Notes: a model not told the origin generated them from the letters alone. A stretch of 64,000 bases of DNA from an uncultured virus (IMG/VR IMGVR_UViG_3300031547_000001) (IMGVR_UViG_3300031547_000001); one strand, 5' to 3'. Positions 19,301 to 27,937 are shown, numbered from the stretch's first letter. Made by a program: numbers and translations.

Positions 19301-19511
19301 GAGCGGTGTAGGCCTCCAGGCCGAACATCGGCTTGATCCCGTACTTCTGGCACGACAGCATGTGCTTGACGTGGGACGAGATGTTGCCGTGCTCCGTCAG
19401 AGCGAGCCCGCGCATCCCCAGGTCTGCCGCCCGCTTCGCATGCGTGTCAGGAGAGCCGTAGCCATCCATATACGAATACGTAGTGTGGTGGTGGAGGGAA
19501 ACGTACTTCAT
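16314..19511 (-). CDS. dnaE: DNA polymerase III alpha subunit (DnaE-type)
   Basis: PHP domain HHHTTYSYMDG, TEHG, TSDCHY; GPARGSAAASLV, PDVDLDF, HAAG, KLDALGL, GIFQFE, YQEQ, YAFN.AH. Confidence 0.95.
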   Translation of the reverse strand: MKYVSLHHHTTYSYMDGYGSPDTHAKRAADLGMRGLALTEHGNISSHVKHMLSCQKYGIKPMFGLEAYTAPADMRTMQYKDAKGNTRTGMSRKMHLTLLAMDETGLHNLNQIVTRSWAEGYYRWPTVTGQMLLDHHEGLICLSGCADSMLSSTLLGGKWIERGDERAARKVMQRFQRIFGDRYYLETQQFPELKRSGEINTWLEQEAKRTGLKLAATSDCHYPFPDDNEMQKILHAAGRNTGTVAAAEAGWEYDIRLTLPTSDKFIFDRLRGTGLSASGAQQAIDSTSEIFDRCNVTLPTMDRVRYPLEVESSFKEGMSNVDMIRVWLNDGWKYRKFNKMPKDKQRAYVERVEYELGLIVSKDFVDYFLMLSDAVRATKDAGIPVGPARGSAAASLVCYLLRITEIDPMLYPQMMFERFIDPNRHDLPDVDLDFDDDQRDYVRQHMIKRYGADRVGNIGTYTRYRGKNSIDDVARVYEIPKFEADKVKEVLVERSGGDSRFDASLEDTIAQFPQAQDVFDRYPILNRAIQLEGNLKGFGVHAAGVVVGAKPLHEYVATYARDNVGKEKKTLQVLSVDKYDGEYLGLLKLDALGLQTMGMIRIALELIGMSLEDLYAISMEDEKTLDAFRRADVVGIFQFEGRTTRMVCQEVAPTTFLELCDINALSRPGPLHSGSTGDYIAVKHGRQKVEHLHPLVDELTHYSQYQIIYQEQILALCRNVGKFPWVHASEIRKVISQKKGEAAFNKLYQTFLEGSRSQDISDELADKIWKKLVTSGTYAFNMAHCVSYSMLAFWCQWLKQHHPLAFYAAQLRKTKPDPKKMNDVQLMRDMSDDRYGRSYKVYPPQLVGSSETWEIAPQRDGVQAGFLQIKGIGEKYAEAIVEQREEIGGFTAWEDLIKVRGIGPAKMEMIMEFCTKNDPFELDKLKDGAATIEAEIKSGKLGRIPLPDTLADNIPYDAKKSSHVVMGTVRARNLQDLYENHRSRTGDELDPKTVKDPHLKDSMTLYMEDKSGLMTVKVNRWMYPKLKAALWDIALGHDFVIMRVEKKAFYGKTVHCNQMWVIDPD

Positions 19512-19774
19512 GCAGGATTCTTCCTTACCCATCCGAACGGCTCTTCAAGTTCGCCTATCCTACGGCCCGTTGCGACCTCGTCAGCGACCCACTTCATATA
19601 GCGGTCGAGGTCGGACCGGCTGACTCGAAGAAGCCTTGACGCCGTGGCCGCGAGCGCGATCCGACGACCGCTGATGTATCGGTCTCGGCTTCCCGCGTTG
19701 ATCTGGACGTCGGCCTGGAGGATCTCGCCTACCAACCAGACGACATCCCCTCTGCTAAGGCTGCCACTGGACAT
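19508..19774 (-). CDS. hypothetical protein
   Basis: ATGA-coupled to dnaE; RBS AGGA. Confidence 0.55.
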   Translation of the reverse strand: MSSGSLSRGDVVWLVGEILQADVQINAGSRDRYISGRRIALAATASRLLRVSRSDLDRYMKWVADEVATGRRIGELEEPFGWVRKNPA

Positions 19775-19836
19775 TCAGTTCCTTTCGAAGACGGAGGCCG
19801 CCCGTGACCCTCGCCACGGGCGGCCAGCGGGTTGGA

Positions 19837-20913
19837 CTAGTAGCCCCGGATGATCCGCTCGAACCGGCTCAGCAGCGCGCGCTGCTGGTCGGACTTCTTG
19901 AAGATCTTGTCGAGGATGACCTTGGCCTCTCCCTTCAGGGCCTCGTCGGTGACGCCGTCCACGAGCTCTCCGAGACTGGCGAGCAGCGGGTCACGCTCGG
20001 CGGCCTCCTCCTCGCGGATCGCCTCGTCCATCTCATCCTCGTCCGGGTCCTGCGGGTGCACCGGGTCGTCGTCCCGCTTCGGCAGAAGCGAGTTGCCCTC
20101 GTTGTCGTGGCAAGTGCAGGCCTTGACGACGCTGATGTCGGTGACGCCGCCCCTGGCGACGAGGTAGTCGCCGTCCATCTCCAGCGATCCGCTGATGGTG
20201 AGCTTGTCGCCCACCTTGAGCGGGACGTGCTGCGCCTGGTCGGCCTCGCCGAACTCGGAGCTCGACATGCTGGCGAACGCGTCCGCGATCCTGTTCTGCA
20301 GCAGCTTGCCCCGGCTCATCAGCAGAGGCTCGTCGCGGTCGTTCGTCATGCCCGCGTCCCGGAGGCGCTGAGTGGCCTCCTCCAGGCTCAGAGACGGGTC
20401 GGAGCACCGGGCGGCCATCTCCTCCCGGGCGTCGTCCTCCATCTGCTTCGAGGCCCTCGCACGGACCATGTCACCGAAGGGCGGCGTCAGCCCGTACGAC
20501 AGCTGATACGCCTTGCTCGCGTCGCCGCCCACCATGCGGAAGATCGCGTCGACGGCGGCGTCGTCCTCGCTGTAGGCATAGACCCGGTTCGCCTCCTCCT
20601 TCATGGCGCGCATGTGCAGCGTCAGGAACAGGTGGCCGATCAGGTCGCTGATGATCTCGTCCGTGCTCTCGAAGTCCAGCTCCTCGCCGTCCCACATGGC
20701 CCGCTTGAGCTTGATCATCTTGCGGTGGATGTCGGAGTACTGCCCGCGCTCGCCGAGCTCGAAGGCGGAGCCGCTGCCGTAGTCGGCGTTCTTCTTGGCG
20801 AACAGCCGGAGCCACTCCGGCATGTAGGTCCCGGCGATCGCCAGGAGCTCGGCGCTGTCGCCCTCGCCGGGGATGATCTCGACGCGGCCCGAGGTTCCGT
20901 TAGCGACTCGCAT
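19837..20913 (-). CDS. Nmad1/DUF1599-like nucleotide-modification-associated protein with C-terminal extension
   Basis: FAKKNADYG...K..KLK...DE...DLIGH pattern. Confidence 0.6.
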   Translation of the reverse strand: MRVANGTSGRVEIIPGEGDSAELLAIAGTYMPEWLRLFAKKNADYGSGSAFELGERGQYSDIHRKMIKLKRAMWDGEELDFESTDEIISDLIGHLFLTLHMRAMKEEANRVYAYSEDDAAVDAIFRMVGGDASKAYQLSYGLTPPFGDMVRARASKQMEDDAREEMAARCSDPSLSLEEATQRLRDAGMTNDRDEPLLMSRGKLLQNRIADAFASMSSSEFGEADQAQHVPLKVGDKLTISGSLEMDGDYLVARGGVTDISVVKACTCHDNEGNSLLPKRDDDPVHPQDPDEDEMDEAIREEEAAERDPLLASLGELVDGVTDEALKGEAKVILDKIFKKSDQQRALLSRFERIIRGY

Positions 20914-21544
20914 AGCTGGGTCCCATTTCCTTGTACTGGTCGATCTTGGCGAGGATGATGCAGCGGGCCATCACGAGGTCGGACGCGGTGAGCTGCGTCG
21001 GCCCCGGGACGAACTGCCGGTTGGCGTCGTTGAGACGCATGATGGTGGAGATGCCGAGCTGGTTGGCGACCTTGATCTGGGACAGGTCATCCTCCAGAGC
21101 GCAGATGACCCGCTCCTTGCCGACGCCCTTGACCAGGTCCCTGTACTTGTGCTCGCCGTACAGGATGCCGTCGACCTGAAGACCGTTGCGGCGGAGCCAG
21201 TGCTGGGTGTCGCCGTCGATGGTCGTCATCTGCAGGTACGGACGCGTCGTGCACGCCGTCACCATGACGCCACGGCGCCGGATGGCGATGGTCAGGTCAC
21301 GAGCCGCCTCGAACACGGGCATGGACCGCTTCATGCCGCCCATGCGATAGGCGAGCTTGCACTTGCGGTACAGCGCCTTGCTCATGCCGAGCTGGGCCGC
21401 GAACGAGCCCTTGATCTCCGGATCCCACACGATCTCGCGGCCCGTCCACATCGTGGCGAACCGGCGGAAGTGCTCGTGGTAGTCGCCCAGGGTTCCGTCG
21501 AGGTCGAGCGCCACGACGGGCGCCTCGATGCCGGGTCGCTTCAC
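20900..21544 (-). CDS. HAD-superfamily phosphatase (5'-nucleotidase-like)
   Basis: VALDLDGTLGD motif I, TTR motif II, LEDD motif IV. Confidence 0.8.
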   Translation of the reverse strand: MKRPGIEAPVVALDLDGTLGDYHEHFRRFATMWTGREIVWDPEIKGSFAAQLGMSKALYRKCKLAYRMGGMKRSMPVFEAARDLTIAIRRRGVMVTACTTRPYLQMTTIDGDTQHWLRRNGLQVDGILYGEHKYRDLVKGVGKERVICALEDDLSQIKVANQLGISTIMRLNDANRQFVPGPTQLTASDLVMARCIILAKIDQYKEMGPSYASR

Positions 21545-22326
21545 TGGGTGTTCCCTCCGTGCTCGATGCGGTCCAGCAGGTTGTTGGTCTCGTCCCAGGC
21601 CTCGTGGGACAGGACGCCCTTCTTCCACTGGCCGTACCGGCCCATGCGGGTGACGGCGGGGAAGCAGTTGCAGTTCGTCGTGATGGGCTTGGTGACCTCC
21701 CACACACGGCTCATGGCCATGTCCGGCGCGGGCCTGTACATCGCGGGCCACTCGGTGTTCTGATACTCCTGGATCCTGGAGGACCGGTACCAGGGGATCT
21801 GCTCGTCACCCTGGCACAGCACCGTATTGTTGCGGATCTGGCCATGGGCGAACTCGGTCGCGTGAACCATGGCGTACTCGAAGTCGTGCTTCCGGGCGCA
21901 CAGGTACGGCGCCGGGATCGTCGAGATCACCTGGTCCGGGCGGACGCGGCGCATCCGGTTCAGCAGGTGGTCCGGGCTCGCCTCGAACGGGTTGACCAGC
22001 TGCATGTACTGGTCCCACAGCCAGTTGTACGCCTCGCGGATGTCCCAGGCCGGGTGCTGGCCGACGAGCGACTCGGGGCTCACCTCGACCTCGGAGTCCG
22101 GGCCGTACACCTTGTTCCGGTACCCCGCCACGTCCCCGGCCAGCTGGTAGTTGATCGTGAACTCGGGCAGAGTGTTTGCGTCCGGGATGGGAGCGTGCAG
22201 GTACTGCGCCCCGTTCATCTTGGACTTACGCGGCTTGCTGGCGATGACAACGTCATGCCCGCGCTTGACTGCCGCGTGCGCTGCGATGAGTCCCGCCGGA
22301 CCGCATCCCAGGATCAGGATCTTCAC
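21541..22326 (-). CDS. FAD-dependent oxidoreductase
   Basis: KILILGCGPAGLIAA Rossmann motif; GAQYLH, ISTIP, GRYGQW. Confidence 0.75.
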   Translation of the reverse strand: MKILILGCGPAGLIAAHAAVKRGHDVVIASKPRKSKMNGAQYLHAPIPDANTLPEFTINYQLAGDVAGYRNKVYGPDSEVEVSPESLVGQHPAWDIREAYNWLWDQYMQLVNPFEASPDHLLNRMRRVRPDQVISTIPAPYLCARKHDFEYAMVHATEFAHGQIRNNTVLCQGDEQIPWYRSSRIQEYQNTEWPAMYRPAPDMAMSRVWEVTKPITTNCNCFPAVTRMGRYGQWKKGVLSHEAWDETNNLLDRIEHGGNTQ

Positions 22327-22523
22327 TAGAGCTCCTTGATGATTCGCTCGACTGCTTTCTGGTCGAGCTCGTGAACGATGGACTTGTACGGGGCGGGCTG
22401 ATCGTCCCGATTGTCCAGTATATGCTGCGGGCACCCCTCGGTGAAGAAGTGGACCCCACCACAGACGGCCGCACGCTCGCAGATGCAGCGGCTGTCAGCG
22501 GTGACACAACAGATGAGCGCCAT
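22326..22523 (-). CDS. Cys-rich hypothetical protein
   Basis: Coupled ORF. Confidence 0.5.
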   Translation of the reverse strand: MALICCVTADSRCICERAAVCGGVHFFTEGCPQHILDNRDDQPAPYKSIVHELDQKAVERIIKEL

Positions 22524-22744
22524 CAGTGGTCAATCCCGCACTCGGGGCACGCCTTGCGCTCGGTCAGCTTGCGGAGACCGGCTCGCATCCACCGGGCCGG
22601 GAAGCCCCACATCACGGCGTCCCACTCGGTGGCGTGCGTCTTGTTGTAGTTGATGATGTCGAGGATCTCGTCCTGGAGCCGACGGTCCTTGGCCATCCGC
22701 AACCGAATGCGAAGGTACTCCTCGACCTGCGGGCTGCTAGCCAT
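22523..22744 (-). CDS. hypothetical protein
   Basis: Coupled ORF with C-terminal CPECG. Confidence 0.55.
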   Translation of the reverse strand: MASSPQVEEYLRIRLRMAKDRRLQDEILDIINYNKTHATEWDAVMWGFPARWMRAGLRKLTERKACPECGIDH

Positions 22745-23282
22745 CCAGATTCACCACCCTTGCCCTTACGTCGTCCGGGAGCCACAGGTCGTCCCGGCTC
22801 ATGGCCTCTCGGTCTCGCTTGCTGACCATGAGGTGGTAACCCCCGGTCGTGGCGACGGGCCACAGCGTCGGCCAGAACCCGTCTTCCTCGTCCAACTCTA
22901 CCCTGTGGAGATCGGATCTCCAAAATCCGCCCCGTGTCATGGCGGCGATGTGCGAGATGTGCACGTCCTCGTCGTCGTGCCACGGCGGCAGCTGGAACCT
23001 GTGCCCCTCCTCAGCGAGCTTCCTCCCTGGCGTCCCGAAGTCCGCGAAGAAGTCGGCGTCCAGCCCGCGCTTGTGGTTGGCCTCGATGCAGAGGATCGCG
23101 CCGTACGCGTGAAGGGCGAGCACATGGTTCTCCCACATCCGCCCTACGGCCGGGAGCTCTCCGCCGCGCCACAGCAACCGGCGCAGGGACAGGGTCGTCT
23201 GGATCGTCGCCAACAGAGCCTCGTCGCTGATGCGGTCGAGCCACATGCTCGGCAGCGTATCAAGCCACCATGTGACCTTCAC
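22737..23282 (-). CDS. pyrimidine-dimer DNA glycosylase / endonuclease V-like family protein (divergent)
   Basis: PAV..MWE.H..AL..YG...C.E and LPPW..DE.VH.SH motifs. Confidence 0.55.
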   Translation of the reverse strand: MKVTWWLDTLPSMWLDRISDEALLATIQTTLSLRRLLWRGGELPAVGRMWENHVLALHAYGAILCIEANHKRGLDADFFADFGTPGRKLAEEGHRFQLPPWHDDEDVHISHIAAMTRGGFWRSDLHRVELDEEDGFWPTLWPVATTGGYHLMVSKRDREAMSRDDLWLPDDVRARVVNLDG

Positions 23283-23464
23283 TTGTACAACCTCGCAATC
23301 TCCTCGGGCGGGGTGCCCAGCTTGCACTCTACGATGTCGAGGATCTCGACACCCTGGTCTTCCATCTCGTCAGCCAGGTCGTTGGCGAGGTCCTCGGTGT
23401 AGCTGCACACCGTGGCACGAGGCTTCCCGTCGGCGTGGCGGTAAGCGACCTTGAACGACTTCAT
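23279..23464 (-). CDS. hypothetical protein
   Basis: Coupled ORF. Confidence 0.6.
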   Translation of the reverse strand: MKSFKVAYRHADGKPRATVCSYTEDLANDLADEMEDQGVEILDIVECKLGTPPEEIARLYK

Positions 23465-23796
23465 CGCTTGCGCATCTCCAGTTCAATGCAGTTGGACGAC
23501 GTGGGCGTCATGCTGGGTGCCGAGGTACAGTAGATCTTGAGGACGTCGCCCTCGATGTGCACCTCGAATGCATTGTTCCATGTCGCCCGAGTCGTCACGA
23601 ATCGGATCCGCGTGTCCTTGCCGAGGGCCTCATCCTCAATCGGATACTGCGCCTTGCGGAACGTGTTGCTGTCGCTGACGTCCTGCTCAAGCTCGGCCTG
23701 CTGCGTCCGGATGGTCGACCGCAGCGAGTTGATGTGGTCCTGGACCCACTTGGGCAGGCCCTTCTCACGAGGGTCGATCTTGTAGTAGTTGCCCAT
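23461..23796 (-). CDS. hypothetical protein
   Basis: MGNYYKIDPREKGLPKWVQD..., coupled on both sides. Confidence 0.6.
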   Translation of the reverse strand: MGNYYKIDPREKGLPKWVQDHINSLRSTIRTQQAELEQDVSDSNTFRKAQYPIEDEALGKDTRIRFVTTRATWNNAFEVHIEGDVLKIYCTSAPSMTPTSSNCIELEMRKR

Positions 23797-24053
23797 CAGG
23801 ACATCCCCATCCCGAGGTCGAGGGCCACCCTCGCCTTCTCGATCGGCAGGCTCCTGAGCCAGTCGTTGAACTCGATGTGCTCCTTCCAGGTCTTCTTCTT
23901 GGTCGGGATCAGGATCGGCTCGCTCATGATGTCGGGCGCCTCCATGGTCCAACTTCCGCCGCAGCTCATCTGGTTGCACAAGTGCCTTCCGTCGCACTTG
24001 CCCTTCTCGATGGTGCAGATGCATCCAGATATCTTCACTCCGCAGATCTCCAT
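23796..24053 (-). CDS. Cys-rich hypothetical protein
   Basis: RBS AGGAGG. Confidence 0.6.
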   Translation of the reverse strand: MEICGVKISGCICTIEKGKCDGRHLCNQMSCGGSWTMEAPDIMSEPILIPTKKKTWKEHIEFNDWLRSLPIEKARVALDLGMGMS

Positions 24054-24071
24054 GATCCACCTCCTTCAAGA

Positions 24072-24109
24072 CCGCGCCCCTGCTCCGCCCTGGTGAGCAG
24101 GGGCGCGGC
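24072..24109 (-). terminator. GC-rich hairpin (terminator or stability element)
   Basis: CCGCGCCCCTGCTC...GAGCAGGGGCGCGG. Confidence 0.55.
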
Positions 24110-24123
24110 GTTCAAGGGACGGC

Positions 24124-24795
24124 TCAGAAGTTGGCCACGTGCCGCAGGAAGTTGTCGCGGTCGCCCTGCTTGACGTCCACCTTGCTGTCGGACACGCGGA
24201 GCGTCCAGTGCTCGGCGACGTCGGCGGTCGCGGGCTGTCGGGTGAGCACCGCCACGCCTATGGTGTTGCGGACGTTCAGGAGCGAGGGCTCGATGAACGC
24301 CACAGCGTCCTTGCTGTTGCCAGTGCAGTCGTACAGCGTGACCGTGATGTTCTTGGCACGCTTCATGGACGAGCCCGGCTTGAAGGCCGTGGCGGTGAGC
24401 ACGACCTTGTTGTACCGGCGCGGGATGTCGCTCAGGCGGAGCCGGACAGTCTCGTCGTCGCCCTCGCCCTCGCCGGTCTGGTTGTCGCCGGAGTGGACGG
24501 CCGCACCGGGCGCGTCGCTGAAGGCGTCCAGCTCGTCCCAGCCGAGGTACTTCTTCGGCTCGCCGTTGGTGTAGAAGATCGCGATGCCGTCGAGGTCCGA
24601 GCCGACCTTCCGGTTCAGCCATCCGACGACGCCGCCCGCACCGGCCGTGGACTTGTCCCAGGCGAGGCCCATCTCGAGGACCTCGACTCCGGCGAGCGAG
24701 TTCTCTTCGCCGTCGAGGGCGAGCGGTGCGCCCAGCGCCTCGTAGTCGACCTGGACGGTCTGGGGCACGAACGCGGGCTTGGCGAGGTTAGCCAT
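24124..24795 (-). CDS. TerD-family protein
   Basis: MGLAWD, SDLD and HSGDNQTGEGEGDDE motifs. Confidence 0.85.
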   Translation of the reverse strand: MANLAKPAFVPQTVQVDYEALGAPLALDGEENSLAGVEVLEMGLAWDKSTAGAGGVVGWLNRKVGSDLDGIAIFYTNGEPKKYLGWDELDAFSDAPGAAVHSGDNQTGEGEGDDETVRLRLSDIPRRYNKVVLTATAFKPGSSMKRAKNITVTLYDCTGNSKDAVAFIEPSLLNVRNTIGVAVLTRQPATADVAEHWTLRVSDSKVDVKQGDRDNFLRHVANF

Positions 24796-24841
24796 TGCTA
24801 TCTCCTGATTGTGTGGGACAACGGGTAAGCACCCGATGCAG

Positions 24842-24924
24842 TCTCCGAGACGGGACTCGAACCCGCGACTTCCCTCCCTCTGCTGGATGCCAGGGAGATA
24901 GCTCTGCCGCTGAGCTACTCGGAG
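24842..24924 (-). ncRNA. tRNA-like RNA with non-canonical anticodon arm
   Basis: Acceptor stem CUCCGAG/CUCGGAG, U8A9, D arm GCUC-AGCGGCA-GAGC, T arm GCGGG-UUCGAGU-CCCGU; anticodon arm has a 7-bp stem and 12-nt loop; no encoded CCA. Confidence 0.75.
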
Positions 24925-25058
24925 AAGCGCTACGCGCCGTTCTAAGGCCCGATCGGCCCGGGGTCGGTCCCTTTGCTCGGCGGACCGCCCCGGAGCCGCG
25001 AGAGGCCCCAAAGAATCGCTTCCCGGGGCCTCTCAGGTGGTTGTGCTACCCGCGAGGG

Positions 25059-25991
25059 TTAGAACGGCGGCTCGTCCTCGCCGCCCTCGGCCTCGACGAT
25101 CTCGTCCTCGACGAGCTTCGCCAGCAGCTTCTTCTTGCCCGCCGGTCCCTTGTAGGGGGCCAGCTCCTCGGCGGTGTACTCGAACTCGACGGCGAGCTTC
25201 TTCAGCTCGACCAGGGACATGGCGGAGGCGTCCTCGTAGGAGACGACGTCGTCAGCGTCCTCGCCGTCGCCGTCCTCACCCGCGTCCTCCGGCTCGTCCT
25301 CTTCGTCGTCCTCGTCCTCCTCCGGCTCCTCTTCGGGCTCCGGCTCGGCGACGGGCTCGGCCTTGCGACGGCGGCTGACCGGGACGGGCGTCGGAGTCGG
25401 GTCCTCCTCGACCTCGTCCTCCTCTTCCTCCTCGTCGAAGTCCTCGTCCAGGTCCTCCTCGTCCTCGTCGTCCTCCGGCTCGTCGTCGACCGGGGCGGCG
25501 GACGCCTTCGGCTTCCAGCCGGGGATGATGTCGGCGGACTCGGCCTTCCAGGGGGCCTCCTCGCCCTCCGGCACGCCGTAGGTGTCGCGCTTCCGCTGGA
25601 AGGTCATGCCCGCCGTCGCACCGACCGGGTTGCGGGTGCCGACCTTGGTGATCTTGCCGCCGTCGTCGATGTCGTCGTGCGTGAGGTCGGCCGCGTTCTT
25701 GCCGCAGACCGCCTGCATGTACTGGGCCACGCGGGCCTGCTGGATCTCGTGCTCGCCCGGGACGACGTTGTGCCAGACGGTGAAGCCCTTGCACTCGCCG
25801 CCGGTGATCTCCCACATCGAGCGGATGTACGGGGTGCCCGGGTTCTTGGAGTTCTCGCCGGTCAGGCGGACGGCCGCCGACTTCTGGGTGACCGGGTAGA
25901 TCACGCCGTTCTTCGGGATGGGGCCGTCATAGGGGGAGAACCCGGTGTCCGTGGAGACCTTGTCGCCAACGCCGAACTTCGTCTTCGCCAT
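25059..25991 (-). CDS. ssDNA-binding-like protein with very acidic C-terminus
   Basis: Follows the Sak4-like ATPase; N-terminal beta-rich domain, long D/E tract, ends EDEPPF. Confidence 0.55.
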   Translation of the reverse strand: MAKTKFGVGDKVSTDTGFSPYDGPIPKNGVIYPVTQKSAAVRLTGENSKNPGTPYIRSMWEITGGECKGFTVWHNVVPGEHEIQQARVAQYMQAVCGKNAADLTHDDIDDGGKITKVGTRNPVGATAGMTFQRKRDTYGVPEGEEAPWKAESADIIPGWKPKASAAPVDDEPEDDEDEEDLDEDFDEEEEEDEVEEDPTPTPVPVSRRRKAEPVAEPEPEEEPEEDEDDEEDEPEDAGEDGDGEDADDVVSYEDASAMSLVELKKLAVEFEYTAEELAPYKGPAGKKKLLAKLVEDEIVEAEGGEDEPPF

Positions 25992-26005
25992 GCTGTTACT
26001 ACTCT

Positions 26006-26782
26006 CTACTTGGCAGCGGTCGCCGGGCGGCGAACTGCAGTCTTCTTGGCGGCCGTGCGAGCGGCCGGAGCCTGGATGATGGCCTGCATCTGCGGGACGG
26101 TGATGTCGTCCTTGTACCGACCGAGCTTGTTGAACCGGTCCTTGCCACGGAGACCACCGGCGTGCGAGAAGTACATCCTGCGCACTTCCTTGCCGTTGAC
26201 CTCCTTGGTCACGCCGTAGCCCGCGACGTTGAAGTGACCGAGGGCCTGCTGTGCGACCTCGCCCTTGCCGCCGTGGACGTACGGGAGCGTGTAGGTCTCG
26301 CCCTCGTCGTCTTCCAGGTGCATGGGGTGGGCGGTGAAGAGGCTGTTCATGGGCAGGTCGTTGAACATCATGATGAACTTGATGATCTGGATCTGCGCCT
26401 TCTGGTGCACGTCCATGGACGGAACGTCCGGGTCGCGCTTGCCGGGGTTGGCCTTGTACGAGGCCTCCAGGGCGGACCTCTGCAGGATCCGCTGGGCTCC
26501 GCCGACCGTGTCGACGATCACCCAGTCGTACTCCTCGTGTCCTTCGTCCCGCAGCCACTTGTAGGCCTCTTCGAGGTCCTTGGTGCTGCGGATGACCCAC
26601 TCGTCGGCGTCCGAGCCGAGCGAGGAGGCGGACAGGGTTCCCTCCGGGTCGCAGACGAGGAACAGGCCTCGATCTGCAGTACCGGCGAACACCGTCTTGC
26701 CCCATCCCGCGTCGGCCACGATCACCGCGTGGATGTAAGCCTTCTTGCCCTTCACCGGCTTGATGGCGCTAGGCCGTGGCAC
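26006..26782 (-). CDS. AAA_24 / Sak4-like ATPase (recombination)
   Basis: ADAGWGKT, VIVDT, FTAH and KDR motifs. Confidence 0.75.
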   Translation of the reverse strand: MPRPSAIKPVKGKKAYIHAVIVADAGWGKTVFAGTADRGLFLVCDPEGTLSASSLGSDADEWVIRSTKDLEEAYKWLRDEGHEEYDWVIVDTVGGAQRILQRSALEASYKANPGKRDPDVPSMDVHQKAQIQIIKFIMMFNDLPMNSLFTAHPMHLEDDEGETYTLPYVHGGKGEVAQQALGHFNVAGYGVTKEVNGKEVRRMYFSHAGGLRGKDRFNKLGRYKDDITVPQMQAIIQAPAARTAAKKTAVRRPATAAK

Positions 26783-26945
26783 TCGTCGTCTCCTTCATCG
26801 TGCCGATCCTCTCCTCGATCTCGTCGAGTCGCACGCGCATGAAGTCGTGGTCCTCCTGCGAGATGTGCTTGGCGCCGAGCGCCCGTCCGATCCTACGTCG
26901 GAGCCGGTTGCACTCCTCGACCCCCGCGTCCTTCACGCTTCTCAT
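26769..26945 (-). CDS. hypothetical protein
   Basis: MRSVKDAGVEECNRLRRRIG..., ATGA overlap. Confidence 0.5.
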   Translation of the reverse strand: MRSVKDAGVEECNRLRRRIGRALGAKHISQEDHDFMRVRLDEIEERIGTMKETTSATA

Positions 26946-27937
26946 GCGCTCTTCCTGTTCTCTCGGTGATCCGCGTACGGGTCACGCTTGCGGTATACGG
27001 CCTCCTTGTACTCCTCCACATCAGCCCCCGCCTCGTGAAGCAGGCACATCTTGTAGAACTCGCAGCGCCACTTGCAGTCGCGGGTGGGCCGCTTGTACAT
27101 CGGAAGGAGTCCGGAACGGAACGCCTCCATGTGAAGCGCTTCGTTCTGAATTCGTTCTTCCATAATCTTACGCTCTTCGGCCGACCTCCAGATTTCCTCT
27201 CGCAGGAAGTTCGCAGGAGGCTGGTTCTTGCTGACCGAACCGTTCTTGTTGAGTGCCTCGCCCTTTGCATTCCGTGGCCTGTCGTCGGCCAAGCCCTTTC
27301 GCATGAAGTTGTACATGATGCCCGAGATGGACTCACGCGGCCCGATGAGGCCCTGCTTGCGGAGGACTCGCGTCGCGACCATCCAGTATGAACCGGCCTG
27401 GTCGTCGAGCGGGAGATGCTGGGTGTCGATGCTCGCGGCGGTCTTGTGCTCCATGAGAAAGATCTCGCCGGTCCGCAGGTCCCTATAGACCCCGTCGAAC
27501 GTGCCGACGTAGCGGACCAGAGCCTTCAACTTGTCGCCGGGCTTGCGGAGTTGGCGAGGGTCGGCGATGAGGAGGCGGAACGTCTGCTCCGTGGCGATGA
27601 CGTCCCAGTGGTCATCCTCGCCGTAGTGCTCGACGTACCCCTCCATCATCGCCTCGCCCAGGGCCTTGGCGTCCATGTACTTGCGCTCATCCTCGTCGTA
27701 CTCCATGGGGATGAAGCGCTGCTCATCGGCGCAGAAGTCCTCCCAGGTGTCAGCCGGGTGAGGTCCTCGTTCACGACCCTTGCGGTACCACTCCGCCAGA
27801 GCGATGTGGATACCCTGGCCGAACCAGAGCGGGTTCGAGTCCCGCTTTGCGGCCAGTCCCTCGTTGTTGCCCCACTGCCACTTCTGGGGGCACTCCTTGA
27901 AGCTCCCCCGCTCGGAGGTGCGGAGCATCTGGACCAT
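26942..27937 (-). CDS. Cas4/RecB-like PD-(D/E)XK exonuclease
   Basis: S...FKECP, GTFDG, EHKT, Q...Y, C.WRCEF..MC. Confidence 0.85.
   Translation of the reverse strand: MVQMLRTSERGSFKECPQKWQWGNNEGLAAKRDSNPLWFGQGIHIALAEWYRKGRERGPHPADTWEDFCADEQRFIPMEYDEDERKYMDAKALGEAMMEGYVEHYGEDDHWDVIATEQTFRLLIADPRQLRKPGDKLKALVRYVGTFDGVYRDLRTGEIFLMEHKTAASIDTQHLPLDDQAGSYWMVATRVLRKQGLIGPRESISGIMYNFMRKGLADDRPRNAKGEALNKNGSVSKNQPPANFLREEIWRSAEERKIMEERIQNEALHMEAFRSGLLPMYKRPTRDCKWRCEFYKMCLLHEAGADVEEYKEAVYRKRDPYADHRENRKSA

Noticed and set aside
16314..19511. Intein or intron in dnaE, the helicases or the terminase
   Set aside because: Lengths are ordinary, the frames are continuous, and no intein C/S...HN boundary motifs were seen
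25240..25500. Low-complexity TCGTCC/TCCTC repeats
   Set aside because: They simply encode the Asp/Glu-rich tail of the SSB-like protein
9240..27937. DinG helicase plus Cas4-like nuclease as a type IV CRISPR system
   Set aside because: No repeat-spacer array or Cas5/6/7-like genes; the two genes are 16 kb apart within an ordinary replication/recombination arm
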